A DNA stretch of 64,000 nucleotides from Takakia lepidozioides (taxonomy: Eukaryota > Plantae > Bryophyta): the NCBI GenBank assembly GCA_030704615.1, contig CM060734.1, positions 54,746,001 to 54,810,000 of the forward strand, in the 5' to 3' direction. Below the pieces are notes generated by a model. It ran no database searches. It saw only the letters and a program-made list of their open reading frames with translations, and was not told the DNA's origin. Of this stretch, positions 27,100 through 38,345 are shown one piece after another (the first letter of the stretch is position 1; each line of letters begins with the position of its first letter). A program made the position numbers and the translations under genes.

Positions 27100-27800
27100 C
27101 TCCGACACTGTCCCCACCAGTGTTGGGCGGGTACACAGGTCAGAGCTAGGAATGTACCAGTGTTGTACCGGTGTCAATTGCTAGAGGTGCTGCATCAGCC
27201 AGTCTTCTCTCTAAAGAATCTGAATTACCATTCTTAACCTTCTTCTCCTTTTTGTCTCGGGTCTTAGTTTTTTCTGCTTCCATCCTCTCCCGTAGAGCAA
27301 GCACCTGGTGAGAATACAAACAACTGGTCAGTGAAATCTAACAAACAACCACTCTCTTGGTAAATAAACAACTAACTTAAAAATTCTAATCACATGCAAG
27401 AGCTATGGAACATCGGCCTTACCTCTTCACGCTTCCATTGATAGGCATCTTATCTGTTTCGCTGAAGGGTGTGTAGCAGACCGCGCATGAAGTGGAAGAA
27501 ACTTCTTTCAATGCCCGTGCACTCAGCACATGCCCGCACTTTCGCAAAGCATAAAACTTGAACTCCCATTGAATTCCTGGCCTGTGATCGGACACTGGAA
27601 CTTACTACCAGAGAAATCATACTGAGGATTAACCCCGGGGATTGAACTGAAGTGAATGGTGATCAAATCTTTGAGACCCTTGATGTGCCTTAATTTCTTG
27701 GGCAGCGATTTTGTCAACAGTGCACTTACAACAGCTTCCTTGTTATACAAATTTCCGAGAAAATCAATCACGCGCGGGGGCTTCAAAGGCTCAGACGACA
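27100..27800 (-). pseudogene. RTF2: RTF2 (replication termination factor 2) pseudogene, 5'-truncated, intron retained
   Basis: SSEPLKPP..IDFLGNLYNKEAVVSALL..HIKGLKDL..FQCPITGQEFNG; a 1-nt frameshift near 27564 gives KFYALRKCGHVLSARALKEV..CAVC..PINGS. GT-AG intron ~27422-27305, then a lysine-rich tail with stops. Confidence 0.85.
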
Positions 27801-28964
27801 TACTTGGTGCAATTTGTGGAATAGCCCCAACTGACATGTGAGTTGTGGTGTAAGGCTTGGGATTGTGAACGTACAGACTTTGACTCTGGTGTCAAGCCTG
27901 CATTGCACATTGTTGCCAATCTGACTTCATCTATTCAATATGAGTCTATCTGTTCTCTACATTGTGTGTACGAGTTCAACAACAGCCGCATGTGGCACAT
28001 TCAGGTAGAGGGTTATAGCAGCAGAGCTGGGATAACAGCATCATTTTTTAAAGTGGATGTTAAGCTGGCCTTTCATTCGCACTTATTTCCTGAAAGCATC
28101 TTTTCTTGGCTGTGGATTGACATACGCAGTGAATGTCATGCTACAACCTCGCCCCTGGCTGGGGGAGTATGAGTATGAGGAAAGGAGGATGCCCTCAAAG
28201 GTGCCTCAAAGCTAATGTTGACTGACAGCCGTAAAATACAGATGCCCTTCTTATTGGCATTGCATGTAGTGGGGGAATTCGCAGAAGCTGAGATGTTTAT
28301 AGAAGCCTTTTAGCCTTCGCAAGCTGTGAGAGTGGTGAATGGTTGTGATTTGAAGGAGCTTTGACTATAAGGTGAACAACATGGTAGCAGCCGATTTCCA
28401 CCATCTCTTTGTTAATTCTTGATGTGGAGAAATGCAGCTTGGTTTTGGGGGAAGTATCTATGGAAATGGGCAGAGCCATCAACTTTTGGATAGTGGGTCT
28501 GTTAGTTTTGTTCTGTAATATCTCAGATTTCCATCCAGCTCTCTTTTTGAGAGTGTGCTCCTCGTTGTGCCAATGTCACTCCTCCTATCCTTTGTGACAT
28601 TTTCACTGTGTAATTGAAAGAATGTATAGTGGATTGGCTGACCAGCAGCATCCCTGGTTGGTTGCAGAGATTGTTCTAACCTTCCGTCTCCCAATGGTCT
28701 GATCTTGTAAATAGGACATCATCCTCCCTGGTTTTCCCAGCCCTGCCCTTTTTCCTTCCCTTTCTCTCCATGTCTCTTTTATGTCCACTGTCCAACGGGC
28801 AGTACCACCACGGTCACTTCTCTCACATCTGTGGTCAGGATAGCAGGAGTAATGCTGATGCAACATATACACACACCTATACATGCACAGTGTCATCTGA
28901 TGGTCATTAGTATTGAGTACTGTTACATTTGATGAAACAATGACGCATGTGTTATGGCACTGGT

Positions 28965-29543
28965 GCAGTGGGGAGGGTGTGTTGCAGAAGCTGTGCATAA
29001 CCCAGAGTATGGTCTCAGAGATATGCATGATGGACATATGGCACCCAAGCTGACTGCTCTAGTGATCCTGGACATCAGCTGTTGCATGAACCTAAAGCGA
29101 GGGGCATTAAGAGACATTGCGCGACACTGTCAGTGCCTGAAACGTCTAAATTGCTCAATGCCACTGGGCAGGCGCATGTACCTGAATTTGCCAGAATGCA
29201 GTGGCGATGCCCTGGCTATCGCACACAACGTTCGCCTTACGCACATCAGTACTACATATAATCTGCTTACCGACGAGGCTTGATTGCCATTTTCAAGGAC
29301 TGTCCTAATCTTGAGGTCGTGGATGTGACAGCCTGTGGGCATCTCAGATGCCAAGGGGCCCTAGGTCAGCAGGTGAAGAAATTGCGAGTCAATCACGTAC
29401 CCCATGGACTGGGAGGAAGCACTACAACAGATTGGCGTTTTTATGACTGCGAAATTTACTGGGAAGCTCTGATGGCCCACTTTTGTCCTGCTCCCATTTC
29501 TCCCGGACAGATGTGTTTACAAGTATTGGAGGATGTAAAGTAG
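28965..29543 (+). pseudogene. FBW2/SKIP1-like F-box LRR gene fragment
   Basis: LVILDISCC..IARHCQCLKRLN..DALAIAHN..LIAIFKDCPNLEVVDVTAC, RNI-like LRRs, with a frameshift near 29280. Confidence 0.65.
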
Positions 29544-30141
29544 AGAGCTGTTAGCAGCTACTCTGACGCCATACTATAGCTATATCCGTAGTACACACTT
29601 CAATGCTTTGTACCGTTAACTCTGGCGCTCGGCGGCTTAGCCTGTGTCCATTAGCGCCTCGACAAGTGGTGCTGACTTGGAAATGATGTGGCAGTTGAAT
29701 AAAAGGGCTCTGGAAAATGGAAGCCGGGCGGTATTTTCATGTGTTCATTTCTGTGTACAAGGGTGTGCTGCAGAGATGGCGGAGAGCATGACTGACTGAT
29801 GAACGAATCCTGTGTACTTGTTCTGTGCGTTCGGAGCTTCAGGAGGACCTCTGTCATAGTCCTCTGCTGATAGATCCCATCCTCTCCGCGATATATGCTT
29901 TGCCGAGCTATCATCCCTGATACTTGCGTTATGGTAGAGGAAAGGAAAATCTAACCCCCCATGAGTTTTGTAGCATCACAAAGCACTACAATATATTGGT
30001 GAAATTTATATTGCGAAATTGAGGGACTCATAACATAACAACCGGGACTACATATATGACTCTAGAGCTATGAAACGTATTTTAGTGATTATTTTATCAC
30101 TCTATTGGTCTGGGGCCAATGCCTTCAAATCCGGGAGCGCC

Positions 30142-30457
30142 TAGGGAATTCCAAAAAGGCCTTGATGTGAAATGCAGCGCAATTCACTTGATCAGATGCC
30201 AATTCAATTGAACTAACCCTAATTTGCAATTCAATTGAATTGTAATCTATAATTTTTAACGCAGTTTTGTATATAATATATATAATATATTATCATGTAT
30301 GTGTATATGTATATATATCGTATACACATATACATACGAGAGTATAAGCTGAATATACATGCTGGCCCGTCTATTCCTGCTGCCCGTCCATCCTTTGCTT
30401 GTGGTAAGGCCTAAGTCACGACATGAGTCGCGTAGCCTAAAGGAGAGATATATACTA
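30142..30457 (+). repeat. Left TIR (316 bp)
   Basis: Near-identical reverse complement of 34827-35189 apart from indels. Confidence 0.95.
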
Positions 30458-30473
30458 CACATATATATTAGTA

Positions 30474-30720
30474 GAGGTATCGTCATTAGGTTGTAGCCCT
30501 GTTTGATATATCTACAGAGGTATAGTATTTCATTTTACAAGAAAAGTTGGCCAAATTAATCTATATTTATGCGGAGGTATCGTCATGAGACAGTAGCCCT
30601 GTTTAGTATACCACCAGAGGTATAGCGCCTGACTTACAAAGAAACCTGGTCAAATCAGCCTATATGCAGGTTGAGGTATCGTTATGAGGTAGTTGCCCTG
30701 TTTAGTATACCTACAGAGGG
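30474..30720 (+). repeat. ~100-bp tandem repeat x2.5 just inside the left TIR
   Basis: GAGGTATCGT...GCCCTGTTT...AGAGG recurs at 30474, 30574 and 30673. Confidence 0.75.
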
Positions 30721-31159
30721 ATTGGCAACGTACGCATTCTTATCTCTGTTTTTATCCCAGTCCTCGCTTGTTAGATTTTACAGCTGTTCATCGCGTAGTA
30801 CTTGGCTACATTATTGTCTATTGTTTCTGGTTTACTCAATAAGAAGAGTGGGATAGAAATGTCAAGTGAGTTTTTCATGGTACGTGTTATGGTTGGGTGG
30901 ATAGGAAGAGGCCAAGGAAGAGGCAGCAGCAGAGCTGACACATTTGGTAAGGCAACCGTGTCCATCCTGAGTATGAAGGATGTTGCACCCTCGGAAATAC
31001 AAGATGCTTCAAGTAAGTTCAAAGAGCTTTCTTCTCTTTCTGGTGTGCTGGATATGTATGCGGAGGACAACTAATATCACCTTAGGTACCAAGGGAGAAA
31101 CAAACAACCAAACCCTATTTCATTTCATTTCTCTCTCTCTCTCTTTCTCTCGTGTTTCT

Positions 31160-32468
31160 CCCTGTCCTCTAGGAAGCCTATTGACATTGGGTGGACTTGA
31201 AACAGGAGTACATTAATGTCTCTATCACTAAATGCCGGCCTTCTGACCTCGTGTCCTTGTTTGTTTCAACCTTAAGCGTTTTGCTTCAGGTAAGGTAGTG
31301 CATTGGATTTAGTTGGAAAGCTTGGGGCCTTTCCCTCTTTAGAATATGCCTACACGGGCCATTCCCTGCAACTCCCTGGAGTGTGATCTCTGAATGGTAA
31401 CAAGCGGACTCCTACCGCTTGGGGGCAGCCCCTCCGCCCAAATTGGGCAGTCGTATGCTCTGTCTAGCATACTCGGCACTTGGGCTCGGGTTGGTTCCTG
31501 TGCTTAAACTTATGGCCTGCGAAAACAATCAAAAATTTAGCTCCTATCAACATCAACACTCCTCAGGGTGATCCCTGGGAATTGGTTACTTATGCCAAAT
31601 CTAGGGCTTCATGTGTAGTTTTTGGGGTGAATCCCAGGATGGACGATGTGTCCTTTAAAACTACATGCTCTACCTTAGGCTTGGATTTCATGGTTAATGG
31701 TACCATCTCGAGACTTGATAACAGGGGTACGTTGAAGGTTGCAATGACCAAAAGTGCTTCTAATAGAGTCCCGCATCAATTCAATCTCAAATAAGTTCGT
31801 CCGTGATTTCTTGTTTGACAATTGTGAAATTATCAACAAGGGTTTGAGGTACGAGCATAGTATCTGGCTAAAACTGAATTTGAAGGGCGGCATGAGAACT
31901 CTGCTAGACCTCTTTGTCCGTTGTGTTTACATGCCCACAGAGGGGACCCTGTGTGCTGACGCAGACAAGGCCTCACAAGTTTTGAAGCTGGACTGTGCTT
32001 CGTTCCTTGCCAAAGGTCACGTGGTACTATTGGGGGACTTCAATGCCTGGGTGGGCAAAGGGATCCATCAGGACGATATCATTGGACCTTTTGGTGAGGA
32101 CGAGCTGAAATCTAATGGCAGACGGTTAATTAACTGTCTAGAAGAGCTTCAGCTTTTGACCTTGAATAACAGGACAAGAGGTGTCCAAGTGCAGTGGACT
32201 CGTGAGAAACCCCAAACTGGGGAACGTTCCATTGTGGACTATATCATAATGGACAAAATTTTGTTCCCCCAGTGTGCCGATGTGTTGATCGACAGAACTG
32301 ATATTGGTACCTCTGACCACTTGCTGGTTTGGACTGACATCAAAAGGTATTTTCCCACCACCAAGAGATCTGTGAAACGTTCGATTCGGAAGTGGCGCAT
32401 AGAAAAATTCCACAATAAGGAGGTCAAGGCTGAGTACGTCCAGGCCTTGCAAGAGGTTCTCCCTCAAC
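31160..32468 (+). mobile_element. 5' part of a LINE (ORF1 remnant plus APE endonuclease), 3'-truncated, inside the transposon
   Basis: ORF 31754+: CVYMP, VVLLGDFNAWVG, NGRRL, SIVDYII, TSDHLLV are APE endonuclease motifs. No RT domain follows. Left boundary is approximate. Confidence 0.8.
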
Positions 32469-32485
32469 TAGATCACCAGTCACAC

Positions 32486-32632
32486 CTTCATAGGAGTGGG
32501 CATGTGGCTTGCAAGTGTTGGGCTGCCAATAACAAACCCACTACAACGTTGCACTACAACCATAATCTCATCACTATTGCAGAACTCAGCATTCATGCTC
32601 TCGATTCCCACTCCAGCCTTTCAAATTCCTCA
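32486..32632 (-). pseudogene. Flavodiiron protein (FLV) exon fragment, flavodoxin-like domain
   Basis: Manual translation (not in the ORF track): *GI*KAGVGIESMNAEFCNSDEIMVVVQRCSGFVIGSPTLASHMPTPMK, followed by a GT donor. Resembles FLV GITKAGVAVE...GFIIGSPTLGGH.PT. Confidence 0.75.
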
Positions 32633-33377
32633 ACTTCCATTCAGCATCCCATGAACCCCACATGCAGCCCGAGTGTTATTACAAACACGTTATGTGCTTT
32701 GGTAAATACTGTTGTGGGAATGAGGCAAAGCCCTCAAACCTTGGCCAAATGTTTATGCAAACCTCCTTAAACTGCTTGTGAGCTAAATGGGTTTGATGTG
32801 CATGCCAGGGCTAGCTCCATCTCATTTTTTGGGGGACCCTTTGGGAGACAGATGACTTACTTAGAAGTGCTTCAGCTTCCTCTGATTCACTGGCAAAAGA
32901 AATATGGCTAGCTCTGAAAGAAACAAACAATTTCAAACCTCACAATTGATGAATGGCTTCCCCTGCATTATCATGTACTCCCCTGGCACTAGTATCTGGC
33001 CCCCATGACACAACCCCAGAGAAAACAAAGACATGTTCATTTCGAGAATTATCTCCAATAATCTTGTTTCGATACCCTTACAAAGGTATCATGTTGCAAT
33101 TGGGCTGTGTGTTCGATAGAGAGTTTAATATATCAACTCTTAGACGTTGATACTCTTACAGTGGTATCATGTTTGGTATATGTACATAGCCATATATTGG
33201 CATTATAAGGGCTTGGCAGTATGAAATTGGTTAGTGTCTCAAGGTGCAGATGAAACATGCTAACTTATTTAGATTGTAAGCAACACCCACCAGTCAAACT
33301 CATCCTCAGAAGAGATTGATACACAAAAATTTCTCAGGGTCGTTGGTGCGCAGGCTTTTGTCAAGGGCTTGATATCA

Positions 33378-34165
33378 TCATAAAGGTGTTTCAGAACGTG
33401 TGGCTTCAATGTGTTGTTTTATAAGAGAGTGCTCTACTGCAAAATCAGATCGAATTCGTAAAGGTGCTCCAAACTTGGAAACTGCATCGTGATATCCTTT
33501 TAAAATGGTTTTTTCTTTCTTGTTTCTTGCAACGTTCGCCCATAAAACAAAATGAGAGGCCCCATCAATGCCAGCATGTACTCGAAGACCAAACATAATC
33601 AATTTGTCATAAGTTGCACCACGAATTGCATACATGTTTTAGTTTGCCTACAATTTTGTGCGATATGTAATACAAGAAAACGTCTTGCATGTGCATCTTC
33701 AAAGAACATTAAGATGCATGAGATAAAATACTTACAGTCAATGTGCCATAGAGCCATAGGCATTGTCACATTATACTGAGTCCTCTGAATTGCCTGTGCC
33801 CTTCTCCTACGCTCATAATGGTAGGGTGAGATGATTTTCAAAGCTTCCCCCACCTTCCTTCGAGGAATCCGCCAATTTGACCTCCTTAAGGCAGATTGCA
33901 CTGTTCTCATTCCCCAATTTGACCCATTCTCTTCAATAGGAAGTAACTCTTGAATCTTTTCACACAAGCGTTGGACACTCAATTCATGATGAACTTTGAA
34001 AGGAGACCCTTGGACTTCTGATAGCAATCTTCTCAATGGTCGTACATCATCAAAAGAAAGGGCAGTGGCGATTGATTTCATTGTGGCACCCTCATTCAAC
34101 ATTGCTTCCACATAAAGTACTAAATCATCCACTACTTTGTCACCATCCAAATGGTTGTTTTCCAT
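33378..34165 (-). pseudogene. IS3EU-like DDE (integrase-core) transposase, 2 exons, truncated before the catalytic Glu
   Basis: Exon 34165-33736: HTH-like N-terminus, WGMRTVQSALRR...RRKVGEALKIISP...RRR...YNVTMPMALWHID. Intron 33735-33614 (GTAAGT...AA). Exon 33613-33378: YDKLIMFGLRVHAGIDGASHFVLW...NK...FGAPLRIRSD. The NQRIERLW-type segment is missing. Confidence 0.82.
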
Positions 34166-34826
34166 GCTCACATTATCTGTCTTATCTCTGCATAATAGCC
34201 CCAGTGCCAATGCCTTCGACCTTGCCCTTGTTGTAATTGTTTGCTGTTAATTCTGTAGTCACTGCATCCACTCACACACTCCCCATAGGACTTACGTCAC
34301 TAAAGTTCACATAGGCTATCAAGTAGATGAACCAAATGTACTTTGAAACAACAACTACTCTATGCTAAAATGTATTAGCAAACCACAGTACACAGTGTGG
34401 GCAGGTTGAAGACAAACCATGTGATCAAGCTCTTTCTTTCAGTGTGTGTGTTGAGGAGCGTTTGGTAACCCACTCTACTACCCCTAAAGTTCTCTCCTCA
34501 AAACTCATGAGTCACCTGCACGTACACAAAAACTACAGCTTTAGCTAAAATGATACCTTTATCAATGATTGGGGGAACTCATGCCAATATGGGAATGTGC
34601 TTACTCATGGGCAGATCTTGTCATTTGGTGATCCAAGAAGGCTTCCATCATACATAGCGCCACCACCGCTCCACCACCGCTCAACCCTAAACTTGTTGTT
34701 GCATTCTTCTCTCGTTACTTCTCGTCCTCCAACTGATTTGATCCTTTCACTTTTAAGGCACCTCTGCCCTAAAAACCCTTCATCACTTCATTTCTCTCTC
34801 CCTTTCCCTCGCTCTCGCTCTCTCTC

Positions 34827-35189
34827 TAGTATATATCTCTCCTTTAGACTACGCGACTCATGTCGTGACTTAGGCCTTACCACAAGCAAAGGATGGACGG
34901 GTAGCAGGAATAGACGGGCCAGCATGTATATTCAGCTTATACTCTCGTATGTATATGTGTATATGATACATATACGTATACGTATATATGATAATATATT
35001 ATATATATTATATACAAAACTGCGTTAAAAATTATAGATTACAATTCAATTGAATTGTAGTCAGCAATTCAATTGAATCGCCAGTTGGCAATTCGATTGA
35101 ATTGCAAATTAGGGTTAGTTCAATTGAATTGGCATCTGATCAAGTGAATTGCGCTGCATTTCACATCAAGGCCTTTTTGGAATTCCCTA
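34827..35189 (-). repeat. Right TIR (363 bp)
   Basis: Reverse complement of the left TIR with extra AATTCAATTGAATT-type palindromic units. Confidence 0.95.
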
Positions 35190-35479
35190 AGCGCCCTCCA
35201 CTCAGGGCATTACACTATACATATGGTGCCATAGGATCCTTTTGAGCAATCAGCAGATATAAACATTGTACTCTGGACCGAAGCAAGAAAGCACCAGGGT
35301 AGACAAGGCTGATATTGGTATATCTTCCACATAGGTCAATGCTAGAACATGCAACAGCCCTGGCAAGAGGCCTATAAAGATTCTCCACACTGTTGGGACC
35401 GCATCGTTGAGAGGGAGGGAAAGCTGATGATGACGCAAGGATGGAGTGTGGGTCCAGAATCATCTGAGAGGGCCAGATT

Positions 35480-36420
35480 TCAAGCACAAAAGGGGCAAAG
35501 AGGTCCATGGTGACATCATCACTGTGGGAATCGTACTAGATGTCATTCTGAACAATACCCTGGTGGACATGTATGCCAAATGCGGCAGCATCGAGGATGC
35601 AAAGGGAGTGTTCCACAATATGGCCGGACGAAACATGGTGTTTTGGAATGCGATGATCGCAGGATATGCCCAGCATGTGTGTGGAATGGAGGCCTTGGGG
35701 ATGTGTGAACAAATGATGCTGGCCGGATAGGGTCACGTTCGTTTGCGTTTGCAATGCATGTGCGAGCCTGGCAGCCCTGGAAAGGGGCAAACAGTAGGTC
35801 CATGGTGACATCATCAAAGCGGGAATCGTACCAGATATCATTCTGAACACTACCCTGGTGGACAGGTATGCCAAACGCGGCAGCATCGAGAAAGCAAAGG
35901 GAGTTTTCGACAGTATGGCCGAACGAAACATGGTGTTTTGGAATGCAATGATCGCAGGATATGTCCAGAATGGTCATCACAGGGAGGCCCTGCAACTATT
36001 TGAAGGAATTCAAAAGGGAGGTTTGAAATCACCTTCATATCTACTCTCTCTGCATGTAGCCATGCCCGACTACTGGATGAAGGAAAACGCTACTTTGATT
36101 CTTTGAGTGAGAATCTTGGTGTCACTCTGACAGTGCAACACTTTGGTTGCATGGTGGATCTTTTGGGACGGGCTGGGCAATTGGATGAGGCAGAGGACCT
36201 CATCAATAAAGTGCCAATCAAACCAGATGTGGGTTTGGATGGCCTCACTTGGTGCATGCAGAATCCATGGCAATGTGGAGATGGCTGAATGTGCAACCAC
36301 ATCTATTCTCAAGTGGGATGAACAGGATTCTACAACTTGTGTTGCTATCAAACATCTATTCTGCAGCTGGCAGGTGGGATGAAATGCAAAGGTGAGAGAA
36401 ATGATGAAGCAGTATGATTG
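35480..36420 (+). pseudogene. Degenerate PLS-class PPR(-E) gene
   Basis: TLVDMYAKCGSIEDAKGVF..WNAMIAGY occurs twice; HFGCMVDLLGRAGQLDEAEDLI, LGACRIHGNVEMAE; multiple frameshifts and stops; no DYW domain. Confidence 0.9.
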
Positions 36421-36849
36421 TTCTCTGCTGTGCCAATGCTTGAAAGTATTTGCTAGATGCTTAGCCGAGGACAGTGAGATATTCCCCTCCCTCACTGATA
36501 CAAAAGACGAGAAGTGACCTTTGGGGTCAAAGGGCCAATTTCAAAAACATGTATGTACTTGACACTCTGGTGTCTTCATGTAGGCAGCCCGTTCACATTC
36601 TGCGGCAGCACTGCAGCAACAGTGCCAGCGGGCGCTTGTTACCAGCCAGTTGGTTGGAAGCCAGGGTGCCACGCTCCATCCATGAGACGACTCCAGTAGT
36701 GGTGGAGAAGCATGAGCATCATTACTTCAAGTGCGATCTAGATGTCTGCATTGCTACAGTGGCCTTCTACCTAGCACAGATGTGTCCAGCTGGGTGTGGT
36801 TGCTCTGCAGTCACACAGCAGTGTGAGAAGCTAAGCATAGGGAGAGCAA

Positions 36850-38345
36850 GAGAGAGCAAGACCAAATAGCCGTTGGCATAACCAACCACAGACGATTTCC
36901 AACAGTTACCGTGCACTTCATTGCCGATTCCACATCTGGCAAATGCAACTCCTTGATGCGAGTGCCCTCTCAATGCACTGGACAAGTAGCCCGTTACTTA
37001 ACCCACCCCAAACTGCTCCATCAGTTGCTGCCACAAGGGCCTCAAATCGCCTACTCTCCTCTTAGACTTGTCCCACTCTATCCGCTGCACAACAGACAGC
37101 TTCAGCTGCCCCCATAACAGCATTCTTAGAACGTTGCAGCCAGCCTGCAGGGCTCTTGTCCTTTTTTGACACTTTTGCGTATCCAGCTCGGCCATCTTCC
37201 TGCAAAAGAAGTTTGGTCCCCTGTGAAAACTGTTGGCTTCCAGAACTGGGGTCTGAAAGCACAATTGCGCCAAACACCTTCATGACCTCCCTTGTCCTTG
37301 CATCCCTGTAATACAAGGTATGGAAATGGCATAGGAGATGACCACGTCCGTAAATTGCCTTATAAGAGGGGGATGATCTATATAGACGGACAAACCATCC
37401 TCCTTAGAAAGGGAGAGCGAGATGCAACTCACTCCCAGTCATGCTTTGATCAAGATGACCTAACATGAACGACGCTGCCTAGGTTAGTGATAAGCTCTGA
37501 GTGGGTTGACAGTAAATCAGAACAAGAGTATACCCAGATAGACAGGGATTTGAGGAGGTATACCATAATGTAATGTGATAAAGCCCCTCAGCCCAAATGC
37601 GTCCAGCTGAATGCTCAACCACCAGAATCCATACTTCAGTGTGAGATGAGCCAGTCACTGGCCCCCTCAGAGCACAGATGATCTAGCCATAAAGGCAGCT
37701 GTTGTATGGTCCCCTTCTGGCCCACTTAAAAGGCCACATGATACAGCTTCCCACGGCCATGCCTTCACTGAACCACTTTCTGAATCCTGTCCATAATTCA
37801 CCTGGAACCAAAAATGTGTGATAAGCTTTGAAAGATAAAAATGAAAAGAGACTCACCACACCTCCCAGGTTACAGTCATATAGGATAGTCAAACAGATAG
37901 TTCAAAGCTTCCAGACCCACCACAGGAAGTGACAGCAATTGCAGTCACAGGGGTCCGATGCCCCTGCCAAGAAAGAGTTGCATAGTTGGCATCCTGCTTT
38001 CCAGGATCGCCAGCCCCAACCTGCATTCACTAAGCCCTCAACTTGCCCACTCCATACAGTCTGGTTGGCAGTATGCACCGCCAAGCACAAAGTAGGCGAC
38101 CCATGAACAGCACGGAAACGGTAAGCAGCAGCATCTTCATCTCCAATCACATTGCTCGTGCTGCACTGTCCTGTCACACTCCCAATATCCCATACCCGAA
38201 TCCCAACTTCAGAGGCCATCCACAAGGAGGTCTCTGTGCAAATAATTGTTCCTGTTGCCTCACTTGTCTGAGGTTCCCTCAAAAGATGGGGTCGAAGCTC
38301 CAGAGACATTGGGTGGCATGGGTGAACCATGCCTCTGTAGGATGC
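36850..38345 (-). pseudogene. Type II inositol polyphosphate 5-phosphatase (FRA3/5PTase12-13-like) WD40-region pseudogene
   Basis: HPCHPMSLELRPHLLREPQ, GDEDAA, SPTLCLAV..NQTVWSG, DARTREVMKVF, KKDKSPAGWLQRSKNAVMGAAEAV, VGYANG; frameshifts and stops; no catalytic domain seen. Confidence 0.8.

Larger units (their letters stand above)
30142..35189. mobile_element. IS3EU-like DNA transposon (5,048 bp), non-autonomous, carrying cargo
   Basis: Long TIRs at 30142-30457 and 34827-35189; termini TAGGGAATTCC...GGAATTCCCTA; perfect 6-bp TSD AGCGCC at 30136-30141 and 35190-35195; internal IS3/IS481-type DDE transposase remnant. Confidence 0.88.

Noticed and set aside
30256-30486. ORF sharing the peptide SIYLSFRLRDSCRDLG... 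with ORF 34597-35028
   Set aside because: The identity arises only because both lie in the transposon TIRs; low-complexity and not coding-like.
31754-32770. 338-aa ORF as an intact gene
   Set aside because: The APE domain ends near 32468; the remainder is chance read-through of the antisense FLV fragment.
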